DNA of 64,000 nucleotides from Tubiluchus corallicola (taxonomy: Eukaryota; Animalia; Priapulida). The position numbers and the translations under genes were made by a program. The notes under the pieces are model-generated. The model was not told the origin of the DNA. It made no database searches and worked only from the letters and a program-made list of their open reading frames with translations. The DNA is taken from positions 1,637,067 to 1,701,066 of the forward strand of contig JAQGDQ010000006.1 in assembly GCA_030141605.1 (NCBI GenBank). Reading direction: 5' to 3'. This document shows, piece after piece, positions 38,401 to 49,550 of the stretch (position 1 is its first letter; every line of letters starts with the position of its first letter).

Positions 38401-41400
38401 CTATTAACCGATGGGTACAGTATTACTGGTATAGAAGTATGAGTCAACAGCTTACTATGCACTGCAAATGTTTTAATGAATTTTAATGGATCTGCTGTTG
38501 TATGATCACGCATAAATTTTCGAAAGAAATACTTAGTGTTTGGCGTGCTTAAACTGTTAGTGGTGCCCGTGTTTCCCCGCAAGTAGCTTCGTCGGTAGGT
38601 TCGCCTAAGCTCCTGCTTGCTATAATTGTGACATACTTACTGTACTGTGTAACTACGGCCAAATCACGTTGAAAACACCGGTTCTCATCTGATCACCGAA
38701 GTTAAGCAACATAGAGCCTGGTTAGTGCGCCTAGGAATACCAGGTGCTGTAGGCTTGCGGGATGCCCACACTGTATCTCGACACTAGGCAAGGAGCTGCA
38801 CAAGCAGCCAAAGACTAGAGGGCGGAGGAGGTCAAGTGACTCAATGGCCATGTGTAGAGGAGTAAACCTTCCAAATCAGGAGTGGAGCCCCGAAGGCGGA
38901 CCAGTGTGCAGTGTGCTCACTGACTCCGGCAGCTCCTGCAGCCAACTTGGTGCCAAACGTATCGCCCCGCTTTCCTTTGGACTACACCAGGGATGCCAGC
39001 AACTGTACTGTACCTGCATCCAGCAACATCTAACTGATAAGACATTCTGGCAAAAATAGTCAGAGCTTCAAAAACAAATCGCTAAGCAAGTGACTAAATG
39101 TTTAGCTTTCAAGAATTCTTGGGTAACCAGGTTAATTGCAGTGGCCAGGCGGGTCAAAGCAAACCATTAGGCTAGCATATTAGCATATGATAAACGTTCC
39201 TGCTTATAAACAAAACGGTACTTAACATGATTGTTTCTTATGTATATTATAGGACAAAAGCGAACTAAGATGATATAAAAGTCATAAAAGCTTATTAATC
39301 ATGGGAAAGTGTCTTATTGAATCATGTGAAGCAAAAATATTGATTCAATTATGCAGAGTTATTTAAGTCAATTACCGACAGTATTTATGTACATTTCAAT
39401 AGAAGTGGCCCGTACCAGGCGTTTTTGAGTCAATTAATTGATTGAGTCTATTAACCGTGAGTCAATTAAGTGCACCTACTGTATCAATTTAATAACCCGC
39501 GCCTACAAAGTTATTAAAACAGAAAAGAAATATTAGCAAACTAATCAACTAAGGTGTTTACCGGACAAGTGCAATACATTCATTGCATGGAATAAAGTTA
39601 CATCTCTAGAAGCAGCAGCCGCGCTCATGTGCAGACTCGGCTGTTTGACCGTACTAGAACAATCTAAAGCACGAGCAAATGTTCCCACTGACCGAGCAAT
39701 GACCATAAACTGGTCAATTTGAATATCAGATAATGGATTCTCTGGCGTGTAAATAAGACTTTCCAGTTCAGACACAACACGATTGTCAGATTCACCTAAA
39801 AACAGACAAACACATTAGTACAGCAAGTCTTCACTTAACGACGCTAATGCACTCCAGCAAAATGTGACATTAAGCGAAACGTCGTTAAACGAAACCAAGA
39901 CTTCCATGGAAAGTAATGTAAAAGAATTGAGATACGTTCCAGAAGCAAAAATCGATGCTGCTTAAATTGTATACATCAAATGTTTTATGAGTTTTATTCA
40001 TATTTCTACTGATTAATTGCCAGAAACCATCTATCTTTCTTACCAAAATCTAGCTAGACTGGATATGGGTCTATTGAAACCTGTATACAGACAGTTCACA
40101 TTTAAACAATGCAAAGAGAAGGCCTAGCCCTGCATGAAGCCATCTTGAGGCAATTTCAGGAAGTATTAATCTGGTTGTTATAGCAACAAGTTGCACACAA
40201 AATTCCTTGGCATCAAGTTTAAACTCAGGTGTCTGGAGACTGGATCGGCAAATAGATCTTCATACAAGCGGCTAGAATTTAGTACGCAGATAGTTGGGAA
40301 CCAAAAGCATTATAATAATTACACTGTTTGGGTTACTAATGTGCTTTTAGAACAAAATTATGCAATTTGCATGGCTTTTATACTCCAAATTAGGCAAAAA
40401 AAAGTTGTTGATAAAAAATGGTTGTCAGCAACTTAAAAAATCGTCTTTAAAACGAAACGTGTGTCGTTAAGTGAGAAAATGGTGTCAAATGTTCAGCGGT
40501 GTTAAAACGAAACGTTGTTAAACGGGGAGTCGTTAAGCAAGGACTTGCTGTAAATGAGAACTGAAAAGATATGGCTTCAGAATAACAAGAAAGCTCTGAG
40601 GGCATTGTGTTCCGTGCAGATTGATTTGTGACATTTTGTTGCTATTTTCTCCCTTTCAAGTGCAAAAAGGAAAAGCTGACTAAATCACTGCACACGAAGC
40701 CATATCATAGTGCGATATCACGAACATTTCAGTGTTTTCTGAACTTAATCATGCGCTGAGTTGTCTGTATTTTTCAGATTAATGCAAATATATGTCATGT
40801 AAGCGAAGATCTTGGATAATCTATGACTTCATGCACCATTTTAATTCCTTTCTTTTTGCATTCAGTTGTCTCTGAAGTTTATACACTTGTCAAAGGCTCA
40901 CTAAAACAATCTAGTAGAAAAAGCCTTCTGACTGCTTTTTTGCACTTTTTTTCTGAACTTTTTTAGTAAAAAACAGATCTGGCAATTGATAAGCGCACAA
41001 AAGCAGATGAGTCAAAATATTTTAGAGTGAAGACAATGTTGCGAGGTGCAACAAACATAAAACATATTGCAATAAAACATCTCAGAAATGTGTTCAATAC
41101 CGATATTACGATTCTTGTTTTTAGGCTGGTAAATTATAAGAAATATTTACATCAATTGCAAAACACACATTGCTTGAATGTAACAACTGAAAAGCTTATT
41201 CTCACAAAAAGTAATTTATGTAACATTAAATTACCTTCTCCAAGAAGGTTTTGTATCTCAGCTTGGAAGTTGCTCCCAACACGTATTTCTCCTTTATCAG
41301 CTAGCAAAGTTTTCTGCGTCGGATCATAGACTAATGAGTAGAAGAAAGCATCATCTCTGTCTAAGTAGCTGTTCAACGATTCAGTCTCATTTAGTAAGGC

Positions 41401-43898
41401 AACCGAGCATTTACCTCTGATATGTGTGGCAGGGAGTGTTTCAACCTAAATACAAAATAAATTGTGATAAGCACAGTTTAGATTGTTGTAACTTGAGCTT
41501 GTTAACGAAGTTATATTGAAGTTCATTTCTGAACAAATTCTGAAAGTAAGCAATTAATCAAGTTAAGCATTTTATCATTACTAGGGTTCAATCAAAAAAT
41601 GCTTCTTAATAGTGTTTCCATGGGTACAATGCACCCAAGTAATTCATCACATTGTTTACTACCAGTGCCTGATAGTTCTACCCAATTCACACAATGAAAA
41701 TGCAAACGTTATTGTTAAGACGATATTGATCATTTAAGAATTTAAAATATAAAGGCCACCTTCTGCTGCACACTTCTGCAGTAACAGACAATTAACTGCT
41801 GCCTTGGCAGTGCCCAAGGCTAACAGCCAGATGACAGATGACGCCACTTTTGACATAGAGGTGACTTACAAAAAACAATTCATTACGATGAGGCTAACTA
41901 TCCAAATAAAACTATTTATTAAAGGAAAAGCTGATGATTGTTTAGACTCAATCTCATTTTAATTTACTGTCCAAAATATAAATTTTCTTGCCAATGAAAG
42001 TTAGCAATTGTCTCTTATATTTGAATAATAAGCTTAGAAAGTTAATTAATGGCAACCAAACACAACTATTGCTTACGTCAGAAACTAATCACAGTTTGGG
42101 CAATGGCAGGTATCTTCCCTTGCGTGTCAAGCACATTTACAGTGTTATAGTACTGCGATGTCACGAAAATGGGCTCTATGTCATATGACGTCAGAAACTA
42201 ACACTGCAGTTCATGATCATGGTTGTCACGGTAACGCCTTCTATTTGGCGGTCACATGCATGTGACAAAAAGGCGCTGTTGCCAATCTTAGTAGATTCAC
42301 TGAGCCGTGCATAGCTTTGAAAGTTTAACAAAATTTGAGTATCCAAGGCAATTATTATTTAATCTCAGCTTTGATTTAAGAAAAGCTATTATAGTTTTCA
42401 ATATTTTAGAGCACACTTTATTCTGAACTAATGTTTACCCAATCGTCCGGTTTTCCTTTAACAATTAAAAACCTATTTCACATCACTAACAATGATATGA
42501 ATACTCGGATTTTTTAGTTTAACAACACACAAAAAGGATAATATTGATTATTTCATTCCCCTAGCCTCTACAAGTATTAATAGACCTCAGCACAGTACCT
42601 AGGCTGACATATCTGACTCACTGATAAAAGCGTGTAATTAAGTAGTTCAGGAGTCTGACAGAATAAAACAGCCAAATATGGCATGAAGCAAAACATTAAC
42701 TTTCGTGAGTTTCAGCTCACGAGTTGTCCCTCAGCATGCAATAAATGAATGCTTGTTGTTAATGTAACAGTGCAGTTAGTTGACATATACCAACGTTGCT
42801 TTTATTTTAATAATATAAATGACTTTAATTTCTTCACTGCTGTTGTATCTTAACAATTGTGCACCCAGGTACCCGACAATAATAATAATAATAATAATAA
42901 TAATAGTAATTTTATCTTCCTCCATAAATATACAATGATTTGACAATAAAATACACAAAAATACAAACGAACATAGGAAAAAGGGTGGCGAAAAACCAAA
43001 GGTTATCGAGTCAACCACCCTTCTCAAAGGACAGTAAACAAAAGGATGCTAATGACACTAGACACAACTATATTAAAAAATACATAAACGTGCAGAAATA
43101 CAAAAACAAAAATACAACAGCAAAAAAAATCAAAAACCAAAAACCATGACAAATTTGCAAACTACTAAGCAACTCATAGAAAGTGAGTTTGCACCTTATA
43201 AAAAATGTTTTTTATAAGGTGTAAGGAAAATGGTATCGGTGTTAGATTTCTTCTGCACTTGTAAACACTACTTCCTAATATTACATTTTGATACTAAGAC
43301 CTTACACAAAGTTAATTCCTGAGAAATTATGAACAGATTCAGTAAAACTAAGTGGTTGGAACAAACCTGTAAACATGAAAACTGTGAAAGCATTAAAAAT
43401 AGATAAAACTGTTTTGATAAAAATGCTAATCTACTACTATAACACATCTTAACTGCATAAATAATAAATACACAGCTAAATAATAAAAAAATTGACAATT
43501 GCTTACCTGTCGGGAAAGAAAAAGTTCGCGATGCCGCAACTGATGGCTCTGTTTTTCAGACAGTTTATCATCATGCTCTTCTTCAAGAGCACTCTGATGT
43601 TTATCTGCCAGCATAAGCAGGCCTCCGGATATGTCCCGACGTCGATAAAAGCACATAACTTTAGCTTCAACATTTCCTGCAAAAACAGGTTGAGTAGCCA
43701 GTATAGCAACAATAACTTGGGCATATTTTCTACGTGCTTATCAGTGTGCAAGGATACATGCAGGAAATATTTTAAAAAAGTGTTCTACTTGCCCGTTTGT
43801 GTTTTATTAAGTTCTTCTATTCTGCGAATGAGGAATGGCGATGTTGAGGACGTCTCGAAGAAAACGTAATCGCCGACTCGATACATGTTTGCTGCCAT
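29306..43898 (-). CDS. MTA1: Metastasis-associated protein (MTA1/2/3 family, NuRD scaffold): BAH-ELM2-SANT-GATA-C2H2-R1/R2; 12 coding exons, about 737 aa
   Basis: Exons (minus): 43898-43793, 43676-43507, 41445-41235, 39795-39562, 37855-37666, 37008-36805, 36025-35868, 34810-34535, 32996-32826, 32347-32204, 29793-29565, 29426-29306. Total 2214 nt with all phases consistent. Translation [15 protein letters not shown]...[12 protein letters not shown]...[12 protein letters not shown]...[15 protein letters not shown]...RDEMEEWS...[16 protein letters not shown]...CESC...[20 protein letters not shown]...[11 protein letters not shown]...VVILD* closely matches vertebrate MTA proteins. The paralog number cannot be resolved. 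Confidence 0.97.
29565..29793 (-). CDS. MTA1: MTA exon 11
   Basis: [19 protein letters not shown] (R2 motif). Confidence 0.92.
32204..32347 (-). CDS. MTA1: MTA exon 10
   Basis: [16 protein letters not shown] resembles vertebrate PTILGKRSYEQHNGVDG; tttcag acceptor, gtaagt donor. Confidence 0.88.
32826..32996 (-). CDS. MTA1: MTA exon 9 (linker)
   Basis: Open phase 1-1 exon; attatag acceptor, gtaagc donor. Confidence 0.85.
34303..34388. repeat. Perfect 2 x 42-bp tandem duplication in MTA intron 8
   Basis: AGAAATGGCTTCACTCTACCAATCTATAATTTATAAACTAAT twice. Confidence 0.93.
34535..34810 (-). CDS. MTA1: MTA exon 8 (C2H2 end, R1 region)
   Basis: [21 protein letters not shown]...[21 protein letters not shown]...[11 protein letters not shown]. 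Confidence 0.93.
35192..35654. mobile_element. hAT-like MITE in MTA intron 7
   Basis: TIR CAGGGTTCCTAC / GTGGGAACCTG; subterminal TTTCCATGAC repeats; AGTGGA on both flanks. Confidence 0.8.
35868..36025 (-). CDS. MTA1: MTA exon 7 (GATA finger end, C2H2 start)
   Basis: [32 protein letters not shown]...YKCSVL G|gtgagt. Confidence 0.95.
36250..36760 (-). mobile_element. L2/CR1-type LINE 3' end in MTA intron 6
   Basis: [24 protein letters not shown] followed by UTR and (AAAT)n tail. Confidence 0.65.
36805..37008 (-). CDS. MTA1: MTA exon 6 (SANT end, GATA finger start)
   Basis: [39 protein letters not shown]...RACESCF. Confidence 0.95.
37666..37855 (-). CDS. MTA1: MTA exon 5 (SANT)
   Basis: [44 protein letters not shown]. 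Confidence 0.95.
38335..39481. mobile_element. Tc1/mariner (pogo/Tigger-like) MITE containing a nested 5S-derived SINE
   Basis: TIR CAGTAGGTG(T)CACTTAATWGACTCA at both ends; TA flanks. Confidence 0.85.
38649..39001 (+). mobile_element. 5S rRNA-derived SINE (SINE3-type) / 5S pseudogene with a non-5S body
   Basis: CTACGGCCAAATCACGTTGAAAACACCGGTTCTCATCTGATCACCGAAGTTAAGCAAC...GGAATACCAGGTGCTGTAGGCTT matches 5S with about 15 nt deleted over box C; about 245-bp body; flanked by ACTGTACTGT direct repeats. Confidence 0.85.
39562..39795 (-). CDS. MTA1: MTA exon 4 (ELM2)
   Basis: [46 protein letters not shown]. Confidence 0.95.
39821..40550. mobile_element. Tigger/pogo-like MITE in MTA intron 3
   Basis: TIR CAGCAAGTCTTCACTTAACGAC / GTCGTTAAGCAAGGACTTGCTG; TA TSD. 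Confidence 0.88.
41235..41445 (-). CDS. MTA1: MTA exon 3 (BAH end, ELM2 start)
   Basis: [13 protein letters not shown]...[15 protein letters not shown]; tttag acceptor, gtaa donor. Confidence 0.95.
43507..43676 (-). CDS. MTA1: MTA exon 2 (BAH)
   Basis: ttttgcag|GA AAT GTT GAA GCT AAA...FLSRQ|gtaagc. Confidence 0.95.
43793..43898 (-). CDS. MTA1: MTA coding exon 1 ([35 protein letters not shown]; BAH start)
   Basis: ATG at 43898; ends at a GC donor (G|GCAAGT). Confidence 0.93.
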
Positions 43899-44683
43899 GT
43901 TGCTTGTTGTTCACGAGCTGCAATAACATTCAACATAGGTGTAGTAGCAGCCTGAGTAATAGCCTAATATGTCGTTCGAGAAACCCAGTGAAATGATTTG
44001 CTTAACCTATAGTTGAATTTCATTTTGGGAAAGAAGACAAAGCTCAGCAAAGTAATCACTTATAATGCACTGATTTATAAAACTAAAATTTTCAAATTTT
44101 TCTTTTTCAATTTTATTTTAAAGTATTGCCTATATTATGACAGATCATAAGCTATTGCTGAACTGCACGTAATACATAGGAAAGATTTATGCAGAAGTGA
44201 AAAGCGGATACGAAGCAAACTTAAAACAGAAAATGATCAGTGAAGTGACATATAGCAGGCCAGCACGACCCATCATTGGTGCAAGTTCGATGAAAGCCAA
44301 CGATGCTGAAGGACTCGTCTCCAGTAATCTCACCGTTCATAGTCAGCTTTTATGTTCATGTAAATTATTTCATTTTAATGTGCGAATAAAAAATTGAATT
44401 GAATTGTACAATAGGAGTAGCTTAACCAACGATGAATTACGGATGTGGAAAAGTTACAAGTGAGAACATTAATATTATAGACGCAAATTAAATGAAATTA
44501 AAATGCATAACAATATGGTTACCAGCGTGTAATTAAGTGTAGCTTTTCCTCTTACAAATAAGGAAAATGCAAATAAAATCGCAGTCTCACAAAAACTTTT
44601 TGTTAACACATTTCTTTATGAAAATTCTATATTAAGAAACAAGAGAACATTCAAAAAAACTGTTCACTTATTGAAGCCGAAGC

Positions 44684-44712
44684 GCATTGTGGGAATTTGT
44701 TTACAAGATGGA
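44684..44712. promoter_or_regulatory. Candidate ZNF143/Staf-like site and YY1-like motif in the MTA / SRPBCC-gene divergent promoter
   Basis: GCATTGTGGGAATTTGT (reverse complement ...TTCCCACAATGC) directly before CAAGATGG, which overlaps the predicted ATG. Confidence 0.4.
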
Positions 44713-47205
44713 GTAAGCGGTTACTATGTTTTTATCTCATCTATCCTGTTATAGATTTTTATTTTATAGCAAATAAATTGCATGACAGTTTGTTACTTTT
44801 TACACGTTTTATTGTTGCATGACCGTCAGTTTGTTATGAGCAACATTTTAAGAGTAAACAGACTGATTCGAATACACTTACTATGACCTACAATACTGGT
44901 TTTGCTTTGGCTTGGAGTAGTACCGTACAATCGTAGCAGCAGTAATACTGCAAGCGTAAAGCCCTGAGCTTGTGTGTGACACTAATAAGTATTTTATTTA
45001 ATAATTGCACAACTTATTGTAGTTCAGTAGATGACTCTGGGTTAGGAGATCAGCTAAAAATTGTAAAGAATAATTGTCGTGGAAGCGCATGTGGTGATGC
45101 AGAGAATATCCACAAAACTGAAAACATGGTTGCTGTTGAGGAAAAAAATGATAACTGCGGAAAGCATTTCGAAAGCAAGAACAGTGAAGAGAAGAAAACC
45201 AGTGACATAAAAAGTCAACCAAAAGCAGAGAATATGAATGATGAAGAAGAGCATAAGAAGTCAAAAGTGGAACCAAAAGATTGTGAGGATACAAAATCAG
45301 ACAACTTGAAAGAAGCCACTGAGAATGACGAAGTACTATACGAAACGGCTGATGACAACGAAGTGCATTTGAAAAAATCATGGAAGGAGGGATACTTGTA
45401 TGTAATTTGCAGCTAAATTTCAGATAATGAAAATTTGTATACACCTTATATTTTATATAAACATTCACTTTCTTCATTTAGAAATTAGGGTTTTAATCAA
45501 TATGCATATGTGGCTGCACTTTTTTTAAAGTCTACGTAGAACTCTGTCTTACCTTAACTTGAGTTGCCTGTGATATTCATTAACGTCCACAAATCAGTGA
45601 AGTCACTCCAGTACTTTTTTATTGTGGTATCGAGTAACAGCACTTGTTTATTTTTACACACTACAAGAACTTCTGAACTAGTCAGTCCAGTTTGTACGGA
45701 CCTGTCAGCCTCAAGATGCAGCAAATCTGGATATTTCTCAAAGGGTTAAAAAGCCTGTATGTTTCTTAAAAAAGCCCGGACTCTTTGTACTCCAGATTTT
45801 TTTGACATCCACTTGTTAAAAAAGTGAAGCTACCACATCATAGATTATATTTAAGATCAATAATAACTTGGCCATTCCAAAATTTTTGAATCATAATATC
45901 CTGTTCAAAAAAATTGACTGGGCACTGATTGCAATAAAATGAGACAGTTTTTGGGTTCTTTTCATTGTGAAATGAGCTTATTTAAGTTATTACAGGCTGC
46001 TCAGATGTGGCGGCATTCTAAACTACTTTGTGAAAGAAAAATTTGGTATTTTTTAGTTTTAATTAGTATAGCTGGTGGCCAAATTCTGCATAATGTGTAC
46101 TGCATTTTTCTTTATTTTTTGATAATAGGTATTATATTAATTGTTTCAATGCAGCAGAGAAATTAGCTAAAACTTCATAGCGTAGTGCTGTGTATTTTGT
46201 TTAGCATGGACCAGTTTTCGCAAATTTTAATTTTTGCCTGTCAATTATCATTAAAAACAAAACTTAGTGGAATTTGCAGGGCTTGAAAAGATCTACAAAA
46301 TGGTATAAAGTTTGTATGTTTAGCGCATTTTCAAAAAAAGTACAGTCAAAGAGTGGACATTTTTGCATAGTTACTAATGCCATATTTAATCAAGGTTGGT
46401 TTCACTACATTATGTGAAAAATTTGTGACTATTTTATAAACTGCAGCTCTAGACTCCTATGTAGAGCTTTTTGTATACTTGACGAGAACTTTCGACCAAG
46501 TAAACAACTGATACCTTTTCAGAAAAATGCCAAGTTGGAAGTTTGTTGTTCCCAGCTGTATTATTGTTGCTGTCATGGCCGTCCTCGCACAAATCGAGTT
46601 TCCAACACAACTAATCCTGCTGGAAAAAACAGTAGCACTACCTGCAACTATTGATGAGGTATTTAACATGGTTTCCGATCTTGAAAAGTTGCCTGAGGTT
46701 TGTATCAATCTGTTAACTTTGTCAATCTGAAATAAACGTTTATTAATCGTAAAGGAGTTAATCAATTTACAAACATTACATTGCTTTATCTTGTATATGC
46801 CAAGCTGTTTGTTTTTGTGAACTCTCTTTCTAATGTCATGGTCTAGTTTTTATAAAAGGTTTAAGGTTTACATTAATGCTCTTGATAATAAAAAGCTCTA
46901 TGAAACTACTTATACTGGTAGCATAGTTCTAATGGAATATCATAGACTTTAAGGATTATCATAGACTCACTGATTGTTTGTTTAAAAGCTACTGTAATGC
47001 TTGTATCACGCAAGACTCTTGCATTATTTGAGTGTAACATTTACAATAACACCTGCGTCATGTTGAATATTTTATTCTTCCGGTGGCTGCCACATTTACG
47101 ACCTTACAGATTTTTTGTGGCAGTCTCCTTGACATGTCGTTACATTGTATACGTAATATTTTACATCGAATATTGTAAAAATAAATTGTCTACTATTACT
47201 ACTAT

Positions 47206-47292
<87 letters not shown>

Positions 47293-49235
47293 CACTACCA
47301 CTACCACTACCACTACCACTACTACTAATGTGATGTAGAATTACTTATATAACCACTTTCCAAGAAACTGACAGTTTAATGTGCTATATTTCTATTTTAG
47401 TGGATGCCTGAAGCTGGAATGGTAATAGCGCAAGATAGCCTACCCATAGGCAAAGAAAAAACGTATAGTATCATTACTTCGGCACCAATCGGACGTACGT
47501 TGTGATTGTTTGCATTAAATTTTCATGGGTCACTTGACCACTTTTTAGTTTATTTTCATATATTCACTAATAGTAGTTACATAACTCTTTTCAGCAAGGT
47601 GTTAAAATTTAGTATGACATTTTCTCATTGAAATATAGCAAGTCCTCACTTAACATCAGGAATTGATTTAGTAAAGTATATAGTATCAACAAAATTGTTG
47701 TCAAGTGAAGCCATACTGTCAGGGGAATTAGTATTAATACATGGAAGATTGGATGTGTATAAGTCTTGATAGTTTGTGAGCTTCATTACTTACATTTACA
47801 CAGACTATTTCTGGAATACTAATTGCAGTAACTGGCGATTACCCCATTTGAATAAAATTTGGGTTATTTTGTGGCAGTTTCTTGTAGCGCAGTGTAATAA
47901 ATTATTGACTTGAATTTCAAGAATAGTTTATAATTTAGGTATTACTGTTGTAGATTCCTTTGTTGTGCACTGTTCACTTATGATGTTTTATCTTTTCCTC
48001 AGCCTAAAATGCAAACAAGATGACTGTAGCCTATACATATACCCTAAAAGGCAATGCCTTCTTTATGCGACAGTTTCATCATGCATCATCATATCATTTG
48101 TAAGAGGGGGGGGAAGCATCCGCCGCCCTCCCAGAAGAGAACTCCCAAGTACAGAACATTTGTAGTTCCTAGTCACATGAAAAACCAAATTAGGTGCACT
48201 CTGCAAGCAGCTAGATTTTAACTGTGTTCCCCTGCATGATTTTGCATTTTAGCTGATTGAGTTTGCCAAAAGTATCTTGGCACTCTAAGTAACAAAGCTG
48301 GCAGCCAAGTGTGTTGCGTGAATCAGCAACCAACAGTTCGCATGCTTAAACAGTATTTCTGTTATTAGAACATCAAAACCTAAGATGATAATTTTAATCC
48401 CTAGATGTTTCTTTGTAAGTGTAAATATGTGCTGTGCCTCGAGTTCTTTTCTAAGTAGTGTGAAATGGGAATTACTTGCTATTCAAACTGAGGATTTTCC
48501 TTTGTTAAAACCAAATTACAACCATCGAATTTTCAAGAACTTGAGTCTGAAATTATTAACTATATGTTTTTTTAATGCAGCTGGTTTTCGTTCCTATGCA
48601 AAAATCAGAAAGTTTAAAGCACTTGAGCATATCGAGTACGTTATAGAGTCACTGATTTTTCCTCGTCGAATCACTTTTGATTTCAACACTGAAAAAGATT
48701 CAACCCTTAAAAGAAACCTGACCCGATTAACAGTAAAGATGGATGTCGGAAAGATGAGCTATCTTTATCGGGTGAGTGTACGCATTGATGGTACATGTTA
48801 GTAGTTTTCCTTTCGTCTCCTAGAATTATATTTTTTTATGTTTTAATGCAGTTGCCACTCTACAAGCCAAGATCCTGGACTCACCTGCTGTGCTGATGGT
48901 TGTGGCTGGACTGAAACATAGCTCATTGTCTAGGATAATCTTCTGATGTGAGACACTAAAGTGGCAAATGTATCTTTTCTCAGATTCACCTACAATCTTC
49001 TTTAAACTGCCAGCATTCTAAAGACTGATGACAATGTGGCAAGTTAAACTTCCCAGAAGCTGTATTCTAGTGATCACCCAGCCATTTGCTAACCAGGTCT
49101 AGCAGTACTTACCTTGCAATCGTTGTATTAATTTTGCAACTTTTTTTATAGTACACTATTCATCCCTGCCTGTCATTTGTTGCTGGTAATTCAGTGCGTA
49201 ATGGATTATTCCGATTACTGTGGACATTTCAATGA
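44708..49235 (+). CDS. Uncharacterised single-pass membrane protein with SRPBCC/START (polyketide cyclase-like) domain, about 307 aa, 6 exons
   Basis: Exons 44708-44712 (ATG GA|gtaagc), 45023-45397, 46523-46697, 47401-47494, 48581-48771, 49152-49235; 924 nt, phases consistent. Charged D/E/K-rich N-terminus, hydrophobic helix FVVPSCIIVAVMAVLAQI, then LEKTVALPATIDEVFNMVSDLEKLPEWMP, which fits the SRPBCC beta1-alpha1-alpha2-W-x-P signature. Confidence 0.82.
47190..47328. repeat. (ACT/ACC)n microsatellite
   Basis: Directly visible. Confidence 0.96.
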
Positions 49236-49550
49236 CAACTGGAGGACGGGGAAGGTGGAGACTATGTGCAAGAAGACATCTTTCTTGCTCAAAAGCAATA
49301 GACGTGCTGCATTGAATCATTGTTATAATACAAAATCCAGTATCATGGTTTTCAAGTGACTTCTCACAATATTTCAAAACAAGAATTGTTTGCTTTATCC
49401 AAATTTTTATCAGATTGGAAATATAGGCAGCTTAAATGGGCAGAGCTTTAAGAAATCTGATAAAGTGCAGTACAACACGAAAATATGAACTGCTTATAAC
49501 CGCTCAACTGCAAAATAACGCAGTTCTTTGAGATTACATCTCCACTGATG

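Noticed and set aside
38652-38757. Functional 5S rRNA gene
   Set aside because: About 15-nt deletion over box C, no oligo-T terminator, single copy fused to a foreign body inside a MITE.
41753-41830. HDV-like ribozyme (CCTTGG/CCAAGG hairpin followed by CTAACAGCC)
   Set aside because: Could not build P1, P1.1, P2 or P3; only a P4-like hairpin and a J4/2-like word are present.
42700-42740. Hammerhead-like CTGAGGG...GAAAC on the minus strand
   Set aside because: Core mismatch, implausible 2-nt loop, no stem I.
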